Positions 1 through 9,967 of a DNA stretch of 64,000 bases are shown one piece after another. Numbering within the stretch: position 1 is the stretch's first letter; each line of letters opens with the position of its first letter. The notes under the pieces are model-generated. The model saw only the letters and a list, made by a program, of their open reading frames with translations. It did not search any database and had not been told where the DNA came from. Both the position numbers and the translations under genes were made by a program. Origin of the DNA: Nitrospina sp. (GTDB lineage: Bacteria; Nitrospinota; Nitrospinia; Nitrospinales; VA-1); assembly GCA_018673915.1 (NCBI GenBank), contig JABHBK010000059.1:34603-98602 (forward strand). The letters are read 5' to 3'.

Positions 1-39
1 GGACTCACTTCATAATTAAACCTCGACATCAAACTGGAA

Positions 40-64
40 GGGGATGCTAAGTGATAGCATCCCC
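40..64 (+). terminator. Stem-loop, possible terminator of an upstream off-window gene
   Basis: Perfect 10-bp inverted repeat GGGGATGCTA (40-49) / TAGCATCCCC (55-64) with a 5-nt loop. A T5 run lies at 70-74, not immediately adjacent. Confidence 0.4.
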
Positions 65-222
65 TAAGGTTTTTGAAACATACCATGCGGAAGAAATTTT
101 TCTGCCTGTTCCCTCCCCCCTTAATCTGCCAAAGAGACACCGAGCACCCTAAGCCACCCGACCACCAACAGGAGAGGCTAAAACACTCCATAATTTTCAA
201 CATGTTATGATAAAATACTCGC

Positions 223-1323
223 ATGATTGATCAGCGCTTAGCTTCTAATTTCAACTGGATATTTTTTCTAACATGCCTGGGAATATCTATTCTCGGTGTG
301 GTGACAATATACAGTGCCAACCATGGCCGGCCAGAAGCTTTTTTTCGCGGACTTTACATCAAACAAATTTACTGGATTGGCTACGGGCTGGTTGCCATGC
401 TCATCGCCCTTGCACTGGATTACCGCTGGTTTAGTCGCTATGCCTACCTCATTTATATTTTAACTCTGCTAGCCCTTGGTTATGTGCTGGTCAACGGAGT
501 GGTTGCATCCGGTTCTCGTCGCTGGGTTTACATAGGCTCAGTCAGCATCCAGGTTTCCGAATTTGCCAAAGTGTCATTGATCATTGCCTTGGCCAAATAC
601 TTCGAATCGGGAAAGATGTCGGGACAATACACGTTAAAAGATTTAATCATCCCAGCCTTGATGACCTCGGTTCTGGGGGGGCTCATTGTTGTCCAGCCGG
701 ACCTCGGAACCACCATGATGATATTTTTCATTTTCCTGGTTTTCATAGTCGCTATCGAAATGGAAAAATCAACTTTGATAAAACTATTCAGCTGTGGCCT
801 CTTGTTGGCTCCGGCAATCTGGTTCTTCCTCAAGGATTATCAGAAAACCCGACTCTTCACCTTGTTCAATCCGGAATTGGATCCGCTTGGAGCTGGCTAC
901 CATTCTATCCAGTCCAAAATCGCCATTGGGTCAGGTGGATTTTGGGGGAAAGGTCTCCTCGCAGGAACTCAAAGTCGGCTCAACTTTCTGCCAGAAAAGC
1001 ATACAGACTTTATTTTTTCAGTTTTCGCTGAGGAAACCGGTTTTTTTGGTGTCGCCATTCTTTTATCTTTATTTCTCTTTATCATCCTGAAAGGATTGAA
1101 TATCGCTTTTCGGGCTGGAGATCGATTCGGTTTTTTTCTAGCTCTGGGCCTTATCAGTTCCATCTCATTTTATATTATTTTTAATGTCGGTATGACCATC
1201 GGCCTGTTCCCCATCACGGGCATTCCCCTTCCCCTCCTGAGCTATGGAGGCTCTTCTCTCATTACCAATTTTTTTGCAATAGGACTTCTTCTTAATGTTG
1301 AAATGCGAAGAACAATGCATTAA
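223..1323 (+). CDS. rodA: Rod shape-determining protein RodA (FtsW/RodA/SpoVE SEDS family)
   Basis: 366-aa polytopic membrane protein. It carries SEDS motifs QPDLGT, IAIGSGGFWGKG, LPEKHTDFIFSVFAEETGF and PLPLLSYGGSS. Confidence 0.85.
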   Translation: MIDQRLASNFNWIFFLTCLGISILGVVTIYSANHGRPEAFFRGLYIKQIYWIGYGLVAMLIALALDYRWFSRYAYLIYILTLLALGYVLVNGVVASGSRRWVYIGSVSIQVSEFAKVSLIIALAKYFESGKMSGQYTLKDLIIPALMTSVLGGLIVVQPDLGTTMMIFFIFLVFIVAIEMEKSTLIKLFSCGLLLAPAIWFFLKDYQKTRLFTLFNPELDPLGAGYHSIQSKIAIGSGGFWGKGLLAGTQSRLNFLPEKHTDFIFSVFAEETGFFGVAILLSLFLFIILKGLNIAFRAGDRFGFFLALGLISSISFYIIFNVGMTIGLFPITGIPLPLLSYGGSSLITNFFAIGLLLNVEMRRTMH

Positions 1324-1411
1324 GACAAAAATCTCCTGCCTGGTTTTTCTCAAGTTTTGATCTTCATGCCATGTTATAATTTTCTAAACACCCAATATAA
1401 ACAGGATATTC

Positions 1412-2944
1412 ATGTCGTCTGAAATACTTATAAATTCCAACCAGCGCGAAATCCGTGTTGCCCTGATGGAGAACCATCAGGTCGCGGAACTGTTTATTGA
1501 GCATAAAACCAACAAAGGAATTGTAGGAAATATTTATCGCGGCAAGGTCACCAAAATTCTTCCGGGAATGCAAGTTGCCTTCGTCGATATTGGACTAGAG
1601 AAAGCCGGCTTCCTTTATGTTGGGGATATCGACGTCATTGATATGCTCGGCCTCGAAGACGATATGGACCCCCCACCTCTGCATGATGACAAAGATGATT
1701 CCTTTACTGGAAAACCCGGCAGACCCAACCATGAAATCCGTATTCAGGATATTTTGCAGGAAGGCCAGGAAATTCTGGTACAGGTTGCCAAGAATCCGCT
1801 GGGAACCAAAGGAGCACGCATCACCAATTATATTACTCTACCTGGGCGCTACTTAGTCTATATGCCCACGATCAATCATATCAGCGTATCCCGGCGAATT
1901 GAGGATGAAGATGAAAAAGAACGGTTAAAGAACTTGATCAGCAAAATTGGCAACCCCGGCGAAGGTTATATTGTAAGAACCGCGGGGCAAGACGCCGCTG
2001 CTGCTGATTTTGAATCGGATCTCAAATTTTTACATCGCCTTTGGCAAAACCTGGAACTCCAATCTGAAAACAGGAGTGCTCCACATCTTGTTTATGAAGA
2101 CCTGAACCTGATCTTCCGTTCCATCCGCGATCTTTTCGCCAGTGACACCGAGCGGCTTGTGATTGACTCAAAATTGGATTTCACCAAATGCCTGGAATTC
2201 TGCTCCACGTATCTTCCCCATTTGTCCGACAAGATTGAGCAATATAAAGACCCTATGCCTATTTTTGATCACTATGGGATAGAGATGGATATCAGCCGCG
2301 CTTTAGGTCGAACCATATGGCTGAAGTCTGGGGGTTATATCACTATCGACCAAACGGAAGCCCTGGTTGCCATTGATGTCAATACCGGGAAATACGTTGG
2401 ACACAATGATCCAGAAGATACCATCCTTAAAACTAATCTTGAGGCGGTTAAAGAATTTGTTTATCAGCTTCGCCTCAGAAATATTGGCGGTATCATCATC
2501 GTGGATTTCATCGATATGGCAAAGGAAGAAAGTAAGGAAATGGTAACCAACGCTCTCAAGCTGGCACTTAAAGCAGATCGTTCACGAACCCGCATCCTAA
2601 AAATTTCCGAATTGGGCCTGGTGGAAATGACACGCAAACGCGTGCGCGCAAGTTTGGTTCAAACCCTTTGTGACCCCTGTGATTATTGTAATGGGAAAGG
2701 CTATATCAAAGGCACTACGACTGTTTGCCACGAAATCATCCGGGAAATCCAACGCCGGGAAACCGACAACATCACTAAAAAGCAAATTTGCATTGAAGTG
2801 CACCCAACAGTTTATGACATGCTATTTGAGGAAGAGAGCAGCTTTCTCGAAGAAATGGAAAAGCAAAACAATATTGAAATCACCTTTCAAGTAAATCCAA
2901 AATTGCATCGGGAAAAATACAATATTTTGGCGTCATCAAAATGA
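1412..2944 (+). CDS. rng: Ribonuclease G/E family endoribonuclease (Rng/CafA-like)
   Basis: 510 aa with an N-terminal S1-like segment (GNIYRGKVTKILPGMQVAFVDIG). It has the catalytic-core motif ALVAIDVNTGK and a C-terminal Zn-link-like CDPCDYCNGKG. Confidence 0.9.
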   Translation: MSSEILINSNQREIRVALMENHQVAELFIEHKTNKGIVGNIYRGKVTKILPGMQVAFVDIGLEKAGFLYVGDIDVIDMLGLEDDMDPPPLHDDKDDSFTGKPGRPNHEIRIQDILQEGQEILVQVAKNPLGTKGARITNYITLPGRYLVYMPTINHISVSRRIEDEDEKERLKNLISKIGNPGEGYIVRTAGQDAAAADFESDLKFLHRLWQNLELQSENRSAPHLVYEDLNLIFRSIRDLFASDTERLVIDSKLDFTKCLEFCSTYLPHLSDKIEQYKDPMPIFDHYGIEMDISRALGRTIWLKSGGYITIDQTEALVAIDVNTGKYVGHNDPEDTILKTNLEAVKEFVYQLRLRNIGGIIIVDFIDMAKEESKEMVTNALKLALKADRSRTRILKISELGLVEMTRKRVRASLVQTLCDPCDYCNGKGYIKGTTTVCHEIIREIQRRETDNITKKQICIEVHPTVYDMLFEEESSFLEEMEKQNNIEITFQVNPKLHREKYNILASSK

Positions 2945-2955
2945 GAACCTGACAA

Positions 2956-3294
2956 ATGAAAATAATCTCCTTTCATACATTTAATGCAATTCTTTTATCA
3001 GGCTTGCTATTCACCTACGGTTGCGGCACTGCCGGAAAAAACTTTAATGAGTCTCTTTATAAAAACATTGTTATAGGAACAACGACTCAAAAAGAAATCT
3101 ACTCCATGTTTGGAGCTCCTTTTAAAAAAGGTATCCAGAACGGTTATCCGGTTTGGACTTATGAATACAATTTTTACAATTCCTTGGGTGAAGATATCAC
3201 CAAAGATATGGTCATTGTTTTTAATCATCGTGGAGTAGTGAAATCACATCAAATGATGACCAACCAGCCTGAGTCTGTTGATGGCAGATCATAA
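2956..3294 (+). CDS. Small putative lipoprotein, BamE/SmpA-OmlA-like
   Basis: 112 aa with a hydrophobic N-terminus ending in ..FTYGC (non-canonical lipobox). The pattern TTQKEIYSMFGAP..PVWTYEY resembles BamE-like domains. Confidence 0.45.
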   Translation: MKIISFHTFNAILLSGLLFTYGCGTAGKNFNESLYKNIVIGTTTQKEIYSMFGAPFKKGIQNGYPVWTYEYNFYNSLGEDITKDMVIVFNHRGVVKSHQMMTNQPESVDGRS

Positions 3295-3504
3295 AAGAAT
3301 TATGCAATCATCTTCCGTTTTTAGCATTCTCCCTGTCCTGTATTACTCCTGCACATTTTTTTATTCCCCAAAATTTGAATCCGATCCGCCCTCTACGGAC
3401 TCCAAGTAATACCTATCGCAGTTTATTGTTCTCCGCTTATTTGATGAGGTTATGATTTTCTTTCCCAAGTACTTCCGCAAACACTGCCCAAGCGAGGCAA
3501 CAGA

Positions 3505-4920
3505 ATGCTAGGTTTCAGCAAAACCCAATGGGGCACTCTGCACCTGAACTGGGTCGCATTCTTTATGACCTTTGTGGCCTGGTTCAACATGGCACCGTTC
3601 AATACGACAATCATGCACGCCTTGGGTCTGTCCTCCGCTGAAATCAATGTGTTGATGATTTGCAATGTGGCATTAACCATTCCTGCACGGATCATTATCG
3701 GTTTCTGGGTTGATAAATATGGCCCACAAAAAGTATTCAGTAGTCTTTTAATATTTTCCGGCTTGGTTTGTTTCGGGTTTGCCCTGTCACAAGGGTTTAA
3801 ATCGCTGCTTTTCACCCGCTTGCTGATGGGAATTGTCGGCGGTGGATTTGTGGTCGGCATAAAAATGATTGCCGAATGGTTCCCGCCTGAAAAAATGGGA
3901 ACCGCCCAGGGTATTTACGCGGGTTGGGGGAACTTCGGTTCTGCTTTTGCGGTATTTTTCCTTCCGCTTATAGCCCTTCCCTTTTCTGAAGATATCGGGT
4001 GGCGGGTTGCCACAGGTTTCTCAGGGTTATCTTGTCTGATATGGGCAGGGGTCTATTACAAGTTTTGTCCTGATGCCCCAGGAAAAGGCCGGGGTTTCCC
4101 TGTTCACTTGCATGGGGTGATAGAGGTGACTTCCTATCGGGATTTGATCTTGCACATCCTGATTCTCATACCCATTTATGGGGCCATGGCTCTGTTCATC
4201 TGGAAACTTTCCGAACCTCCATTTTCACTGATACCGAACTCTCTTTCTATGGTCTTGATTCTCGGTATGGTATTTCTTTTAATTCTGAATGGCTTTCGAT
4301 GTTGGCAAGTGAACACGGCTAGATTACAGCACACCGTGCCCGAGGAAGAAAAATATGCGTTCAGCCAGATCGCTATATTGAGCCTGGTATATTCTCTTAC
4401 ATTCGGTTCCGAGTTGGCAGTCATTTCGATGTTCCCGCAGTTTCTGCAAACGACTTTTTCACTTTCTGTGGGGTTAGCCGGAATACTGGCCTCCAGTTAC
4501 GCTTTCATGAATCTAATCGCTCGCCCCGGAGGGGGATGGATTTCTGATCGCTTTGGCCGAAAAAGAACCCTTTTCATCATGGTCATGGGTGGAATGGTAA
4601 GTCACTGGTTTATGAGTGATATAAATTCCAACTGGCAACTTACCAGCGCAATAGCCCTTACAATAGTAGGTTCCATCTTTTTAAAAGCCGGCAGCGGTGC
4701 CTGTTTTGCGGTGATTCCCTTGATATCCAAACCGCTTACTGGAAAAATGGCTGGGCTTGCAGGAGCCTACGGTAGTGTTGGAGCAGTTTTTTTCCTCACC
4801 CTGTTCAGTTTCGTGACCCCACAAATATTTTTTAAAATCATCGCTGGCTACTCTTTTCTGGTATTCTTGTGCCTGTTTTTCTTACAACCATTTTCATCTT
4901 CAAAAAAAATCAACAACTAA
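3505..4920 (+). CDS. narK: NarK/NasA-type nitrate/nitrite transporter (MFS)
   Basis: 471-aa 12-TM-like protein. The N-terminal signature WFNMAPFNTTI...ALTIPARIIIGFWVDKYGP is typical of the NNP family. GAGG lies upstream of the ATG. Confidence 0.8.
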   Translation: MLGFSKTQWGTLHLNWVAFFMTFVAWFNMAPFNTTIMHALGLSSAEINVLMICNVALTIPARIIIGFWVDKYGPQKVFSSLLIFSGLVCFGFALSQGFKSLLFTRLLMGIVGGGFVVGIKMIAEWFPPEKMGTAQGIYAGWGNFGSAFAVFFLPLIALPFSEDIGWRVATGFSGLSCLIWAGVYYKFCPDAPGKGRGFPVHLHGVIEVTSYRDLILHILILIPIYGAMALFIWKLSEPPFSLIPNSLSMVLILGMVFLLILNGFRCWQVNTARLQHTVPEEEKYAFSQIAILSLVYSLTFGSELAVISMFPQFLQTTFSLSVGLAGILASSYAFMNLIARPGGGWISDRFGRKRTLFIMVMGGMVSHWFMSDINSNWQLTSAIALTIVGSIFLKAGSGACFAVIPLISKPLTGKMAGLAGAYGSVGAVFFLTLFSFVTPQIFFKIIAGYSFLVFLCLFFLQPFSSSKKINN

Positions 4921-4936
4921 AGGAGTAAGACTTCAA

Positions 4937-6034
4937 ATGGGATTCACCTGTGGCCTCGTCGGCCTCCCCAATGCGGGAAAATCAACTCTATTCGGTGCTT
5001 TGACAAGAACAAAAGCTCAAGCAGGAAATTATGCGTTCACAACTATCGAACCCAATAGCGGAATCGTTCCCGTTCCCGATAAACGCCTGGACACCATCAC
5101 CCACTACGTCCAGACCAAAAAAATTGTTCCCACGACTATGGAATTTGTCGACATAGCCGGACTCATTAAGGGTGCCTCTAAAGGAGAGGGCTTGGGAAAT
5201 AAGTTTCTCGGCCACATTCGTGAGGTAGATGCCATCGCGCATGTGGTCCGCTGTTTCGAGGATGGTAATGTGCCGCATGTCAGCGACATCATCGACCCGG
5301 CTTCCGATATCGATACCATCAATACAGAATTGATCATCTCCGACATAGAGAACCTGGACCGCCGCAAAACCAAAATTGAAAAACTGGCTAAATCCGGAGA
5401 CAAAGAAGCGCGCATGCAGGTAGAAGTGATTGCCAAACTTGCAGAGGCCCTCGATCAAAACCAACCGGCACGAGCGGTTAAAGGATTCAATGATGAGCAG
5501 GAACAGTATGTAAAAAGTCTGACTCTGTTGAGTGCCAAGCCGGTTCTTTATATTTGCAATGTTATGGATCCCGGTGATACCGAAAACGAGCTCGTGCAAA
5601 AGGTCAAACAAATTGCTGAGCAGGATGGCTCATCGGTCGTGGCTCTTGCAGGGAAAATTGAAGGGGAAATTATGGAAATCGAAGACCCCGAAGAACAGCA
5701 AATGTTTATGGAAGAAATGGGGCTGACCGAAACCGGACTCGACCGCATGATCTCCGCTGGGTATGGTCTACTCGAACTCTCCACCTATTTTACAGCAGGA
5801 GAAAAAGAAACCCGGGCCTGGACGATCCCCAAAAATGCAAAAGCTCCGGTAGCCGCAGGAGTAATCCATACCGACTTTGAGAAAGGTTTTATTCGTGCCG
5901 AAGTCTATAGCCTGGAAGACCTGGTTCTGCATAAATCTGAAGCCGCGATTAAAGAAGCAGGGAAATTGAGAGTCGAAGGAAAAGATTACACTGTCCAGGA
6001 CGGCGATATCATGCACTTTCGCTTTAACGTTTGA
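4937..6034 (+). CDS. ychF: Ribosome-binding ATPase YchF (Obg-like GTPase family)
   Basis: 365 aa with the G1 motif GLPNAGKST. It has a TGS-like C-terminus ([11 protein letters not shown]...[13 protein letters not shown]). AAGGAG SD lies upstream. Confidence 0.95.
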   Translation: MGFTCGLVGLPNAGKSTLFGALTRTKAQAGNYAFTTIEPNSGIVPVPDKRLDTITHYVQTKKIVPTTMEFVDIAGLIKGASKGEGLGNKFLGHIREVDAIAHVVRCFEDGNVPHVSDIIDPASDIDTINTELIISDIENLDRRKTKIEKLAKSGDKEARMQVEVIAKLAEALDQNQPARAVKGFNDEQEQYVKSLTLLSAKPVLYICNVMDPGDTENELVQKVKQIAEQDGSSVVALAGKIEGEIMEIEDPEEQQMFMEEMGLTETGLDRMISAGYGLLELSTYFTAGEKETRAWTIPKNAKAPVAAGVIHTDFEKGFIRAEVYSLEDLVLHKSEAAIKEAGKLRVEGKDYTVQDGDIMHFRFNV

Positions 6035-6040
6035 CTCGCA

Positions 6041-7030
6041 TCATTTTTGCCATGAAGGCACCAGACAACGTGGGGTTTTTCCTCCCAAAGCATCCAACAC
6101 GTTATTCGCCACAAGATCGGCCATTTTATCTCTTGTCTCATGACTTGCACTGCCAATATGCGGCAGCAACATCAGGTTTTCCAGCTCGGTCATACCTTCG
6201 GTAAGCGCCGGCTCGTTTTCATAAACATCCAGTGCTGCGCCAGCAATACCGCCTTTTTTCAACGCTTCAACCAGAGCCTTATCGTCCACCACCTTACCTC
6301 GAGCAGTATGAATGAAGTAAGCCGAAGACTTCATCATTTCGAACTGCTCCTTGCCGATTATATATTGCGTCTGCTCTGTCAACGGAGCATGGACGGTCAC
6401 AAAGTCAGATTCCCGGAGCAATTCTTCCAGCGAAACGTAGACCGCGTTTAACTCCCGTTCCTTTTCTGCTGGCAGTTGGTTGCGGTTGTGATAGAGAACT
6501 CGCATATCGAAACCCGATGCTCTGCGGGCGACCGCCGAGCCGATTTCACCACAACCGATAACTCCCAGGGTTTTGCCATAAACATCGCCGCCAAGATACA
6601 TCTTCGCCTGCCAACCTTTGAACCGGTTTTCGCGGGTAAAGCGTTCAGCGGGAACAATACAACGAGCGGCTCCCAGAATCATTGCCCAGGTTAAATCTGC
6701 AGTGGTTTCATGCAGGACCCCAGGAGTATTTGTCACCCAAATTCCTTTATTTGCAGCATACGCAACGTCAATATTGTTGAATCCGGCCCCATAATTGGCA
6801 ATGAGCTTCAAATTCTCTCCACAATCAATAATGTCCCGGTCTATTTTGTCCGATAAGTAAGTGATAATCGCCGCACTTTCAGACGCGTACTTTTTGAGAT
6901 TATCAGAAGTAGGCGGGTTCTCAGTCTGATTGGTCCGCAATTCACAATGTGAGTCCAGCTTTTCCAAAGCGGCCTCGGGAAACATATTGGTAACGGTAAC
7001 GATGGGCTTCACTCTGAACCGTCCTTTCAT
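6041..7030 (-). CDS. D-isomer-specific 2-hydroxyacid dehydrogenase (glyoxylate/hydroxypyruvate reductase-like)
   Basis: 329 aa with the NAD-binding motif GVIGCGEIGSAVARR. The catalytic-region pattern HIGSAS..TR is typical of the GhrB/GyaR family. Confidence 0.85.
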   Translation of the reverse strand: MKGRFRVKPIVTVTNMFPEAALEKLDSHCELRTNQTENPPTSDNLKKYASESAAIITYLSDKIDRDIIDCGENLKLIANYGAGFNNIDVAYAANKGIWVTNTPGVLHETTADLTWAMILGAARCIVPAERFTRENRFKGWQAKMYLGGDVYGKTLGVIGCGEIGSAVARRASGFDMRVLYHNRNQLPAEKERELNAVYVSLEELLRESDFVTVHAPLTEQTQYIIGKEQFEMMKSSAYFIHTARGKVVDDKALVEALKKGGIAGAALDVYENEPALTEGMTELENLMLLPHIGSASHETRDKMADLVANNVLDALGGKTPRCLVPSWQK

Positions 7031-7072
7031 ATTTTCTGTGGTAAAATGAAATTCTGATTTTAAGGGAAAAAC

Positions 7073-8506
7073 TTGATCAATCCCATGAAAATTTTATTCC
7101 TCGTCCCGCCTGAAACCATTTCGCTGGAATCCTCCGTGCCAAGAGCTCTGGAAGGGGGTAAAGGCTATTATCCGAAACTCGGGCTACTCTACGTCGCCGC
7201 TTACTACGAACGCGAAACTGGAAACACCGCAACTTTTATCGACTGTCCACCGGAAAACGTATCAGAAGAAGCTTTACTCGCCCGTGTCCGGGAAATTGAA
7301 CCAGACATGATAGCCATGAGCATCATGACTTTTAACCTGCTCGATGCTCTTCGCACGGCAAAGGTCCTGAAGCAAGAACACCCGAACCTGAAAGTCTGCC
7401 TCGGTGGACCTCATGTCAACTTATACCCAAAAGAAACTCTCAACCTGCCAGAAATTGATTATGTAGTTTTTGGTGAAGGTGAAAAAATATTTACCCGTTT
7501 GATACAGGCTTTGGGGGACGATGAGCAATCATTATCGTCCATAAACGGACTGGGCTGGAAGCAGAATGGAAACTCACATATCAACCCGGCAGAAACCGAG
7601 CTTCTTGATCTCAATGAATTACCTTTTCCCGCTCGTCATCTGGTGGATATTTCAAGCTACCAGCATATTATTGGGGAAGGTCGGCAGTTTTTCACTATCC
7701 AGGCGACTAGAGGGTGCCCAGCGGCTTGTTCCTTCTGCGATATTCGCAAAACTAAGTTTCGCATCCGCAGTCCCGAAAGCGTTGTCAGCGAAATTGAAGA
7801 GCTGGTCAAGATAGGAGTGGACGATCTGTTTTTTGTTGATGACACCATCACCATCGACAAAAAAAATGTGTTGGCAATTTGCAACCTGATCGTTGAGCGG
7901 GGAATCAAAATAAGTTTTAAAATATCCGCCCGGGTTGACACCATCAACAAGGAAGTGGTGACCGCGCTCAAGAAGGCCGGGTGTTACCGTATCCATTTTG
8001 GAATAGAGTCCGCGAGTCCGAAACATTTAAAGTACTTGCAAAAAGGCCAGACGCCGGAAAAAGTGGAGCGGGCAATTGAAATGACCCGTGAAGCTGGAAT
8101 AGGTTTCTTCGCTTATATGATGATCGGTATTCCTCATGAAACCAAAGAAGAAATGTTCGCCACCGTCGATTTTGCTAAAAAACTGCGGCCCGATTACGCC
8201 CAGTTTTCCATCTGTACCCCTTATCCCAAGGTAGAGCTCTATTACCAAATGCTGGAAGAAGGAATCGTGCCGGAAGACTACTGGCAAGAATTTGCTGAAA
8301 ATCCTACTGCTGAATTTAAAATTAAATTCTGGAATAAGGATTTCACCGAAGAGGAATTGCGCCAGATCCAGGATGAGTGCCACGCCAGATTTTACCGCAG
8401 TCCCACATACATCATGAAACAGATTACCCAATTAAGATCCTGGGCCGACTTCACCGCCAAAGCCCGAATGGGAACCAAAATTCTTACCAGCCGATTAGGG
8501 ATTTAG
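7073..8506 (+). CDS. B12-binding-domain radical SAM protein
   Basis: 477 aa with an N-terminal cobalamin-binding-like domain and the radical SAM motif CPAACSFC (CX3CX2C). The start is TTG 7073 (SD AAGGGA 5 nt upstream) or ATG 7085. Confidence 0.8.
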   Translation: MINPMKILFLVPPETISLESSVPRALEGGKGYYPKLGLLYVAAYYERETGNTATFIDCPPENVSEEALLARVREIEPDMIAMSIMTFNLLDALRTAKVLKQEHPNLKVCLGGPHVNLYPKETLNLPEIDYVVFGEGEKIFTRLIQALGDDEQSLSSINGLGWKQNGNSHINPAETELLDLNELPFPARHLVDISSYQHIIGEGRQFFTIQATRGCPAACSFCDIRKTKFRIRSPESVVSEIEELVKIGVDDLFFVDDTITIDKKNVLAICNLIVERGIKISFKISARVDTINKEVVTALKKAGCYRIHFGIESASPKHLKYLQKGQTPEKVERAIEMTREAGIGFFAYMMIGIPHETKEEMFATVDFAKKLRPDYAQFSICTPYPKVELYYQMLEEGIVPEDYWQEFAENPTAEFKIKFWNKDFTEEELRQIQDECHARFYRSPTYIMKQITQLRSWADFTAKARMGTKILTSRLGI

Positions 8507-8541
8507 GATTAGCAACCAGCAAGCTAGTTTTTTTAATTTCT

Positions 8542-9780
8542 TTAAAGCTTATCTAAATCTATATCACCATAAGTTCCCTGATATTGCTCAATCCATTTGG
8601 GAATACGATGATGAAGACCTACCATTCTTAAGTATCCCTGATCAATTTTAAAAGGCACATTTAGATCGCCTTCCTTTAACATTTCCTCTTCAAATGCATT
8701 GGCAACATGGACAAAAGTTAGCGGAGAAGGAGTGCTGGAGGTACACTCAGCAGGGGTTTCATGAAACAAGATGGCTTCCACAATCGGGTCTGGAAGTCCC
8801 CACAAACCGACCAGGTGGGCACCAATTTTCGCATGGCTGAAACCAAATACCTCCTCCTCCATTTCATGGTTACTTCGATCCCTGTTCCTTAATTTCACCT
8901 CCAAAAATTCTTTAAACTTTTCTGGAAAGTTTATAAGCAAAATAATTTTCCCGATTTCATGAAGCAACCCCGCCGTGAACGCAAAGTTTTCAATTTCCGC
9001 ATCAACCCCTTCATCCCTAGCCAGCAGCATTGACGTCCCCGCAACATCAATGCTGTGCTTCCAAATCCGGTCAAATATTAATTTCCCCGACTTGAAATCC
9101 CCCAGCTTGGAAAACACTTCATAAGTCAAAACAAGATTTTGAATCAAATCCATTCCTAGAATTTGCACGGCGTGAAGGGGACTGGACACTTTTTGAGAGT
9201 AACCAAAGAATCCCGAGTTGGCGACCTGAAGAATCTTGGATGTCATCCCAACATCCCGAGAAATTATATCGCCAATCCTTTCTAAGGATGAATCAGCAGA
9301 CTCCAATTCATTCATCAACTCGCAATACAAATCTGGAAGACTGGGAAGGGAATCAACCTCTAGGAGAAGTTTTTTAATCTCTTTATTACTATGCAAATAG
9401 TTTCTCAAGGACAAACCTCTATTAATGGAGCCTTTCAAAACTTCGAAATCACAAGGTTTGGCCAGGAACTGGTGCATGGAACCCAATGAGCGCAGGAAAA
9501 CTCTTTCTTCGGCCTGGCCCGACAAGACAAACCTCATGGTCTCAGGATAAAGGTGTTTGACTTGAGTTAAAAGCTCCGCTCCATCCATTTCCGGCATGCG
9601 CATATCCGAGACCACCAAGTCATAACTTTCATGGGATAAAACACTTAGTGCTTCCTTTCCACTGCTGACGTATTCGCAGTCCCATTCCTTGTGCATAATT
9701 CGCAGAGAACGAGCGAGCGACTGAAGCATTACTATTTCATCATCTACAAATAGAATTCTTAATTTTCCCGTCTTAGTCAT
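8542..9780 (-). CDS. Response regulator with C-terminal HDOD domain
   Basis: 412 aa. The REC domain shows ILFVDDE...VVSDMRMPEMDG. This is followed by an HD-related segment (GLLHEIGKIIL, HAKIGAHLVGLWGLP). Confidence 0.85.
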   Translation of the reverse strand: MTKTGKLRILFVDDEIVMLQSLARSLRIMHKEWDCEYVSSGKEALSVLSHESYDLVVSDMRMPEMDGAELLTQVKHLYPETMRFVLSGQAEERVFLRSLGSMHQFLAKPCDFEVLKGSINRGLSLRNYLHSNKEIKKLLLEVDSLPSLPDLYCELMNELESADSSLERIGDIISRDVGMTSKILQVANSGFFGYSQKVSSPLHAVQILGMDLIQNLVLTYEVFSKLGDFKSGKLIFDRIWKHSIDVAGTSMLLARDEGVDAEIENFAFTAGLLHEIGKIILLINFPEKFKEFLEVKLRNRDRSNHEMEEEVFGFSHAKIGAHLVGLWGLPDPIVEAILFHETPAECTSSTPSPLTFVHVANAFEEEMLKEGDLNVPFKIDQGYLRMVGLHHRIPKWIEQYQGTYGDIDLDKL

Positions 9781-9967
9781 CTTGATTCCCCTGCCACAAA
9801 TTTCGATTCAATTCTTATTAAGCTATCAGGTCCATTTTTATAACCTCGAATAACATATTGAGATCAATTTGAATCCTAACAATTGCTGATTGTGGTTTTT
9901 TTTAAAGCCACCCCACACGATTAAAAGCCTGGCATTACCATGCAGAAAAAATAATTTTTCCTATTGA

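Noticed and set aside
3452-3511. A 19-codon upstream ORF (MIFFPKYFRKHCPSEATEC) ending 4 nt inside the narK start region.
   Set aside because: The SD-like GAGG is only 2 nt from its ATG, and there is no evidence of conservation. It could still be checked as a leader peptide, but I cannot support it.
4988-5611. A 207-aa ORF antisense to ychF. Similar long shadow ORFs occur at 27394-27933 (antisense to tolA), 34830-35294 (antisense to the kinase) and 48915-49373 (alternate frame of the flippase).
   Set aside because: Each lies entirely inside a confidently identified gene. None has a recognisable motif or SD, and their low-complexity compositions are typical of antisense or out-of-frame reading.
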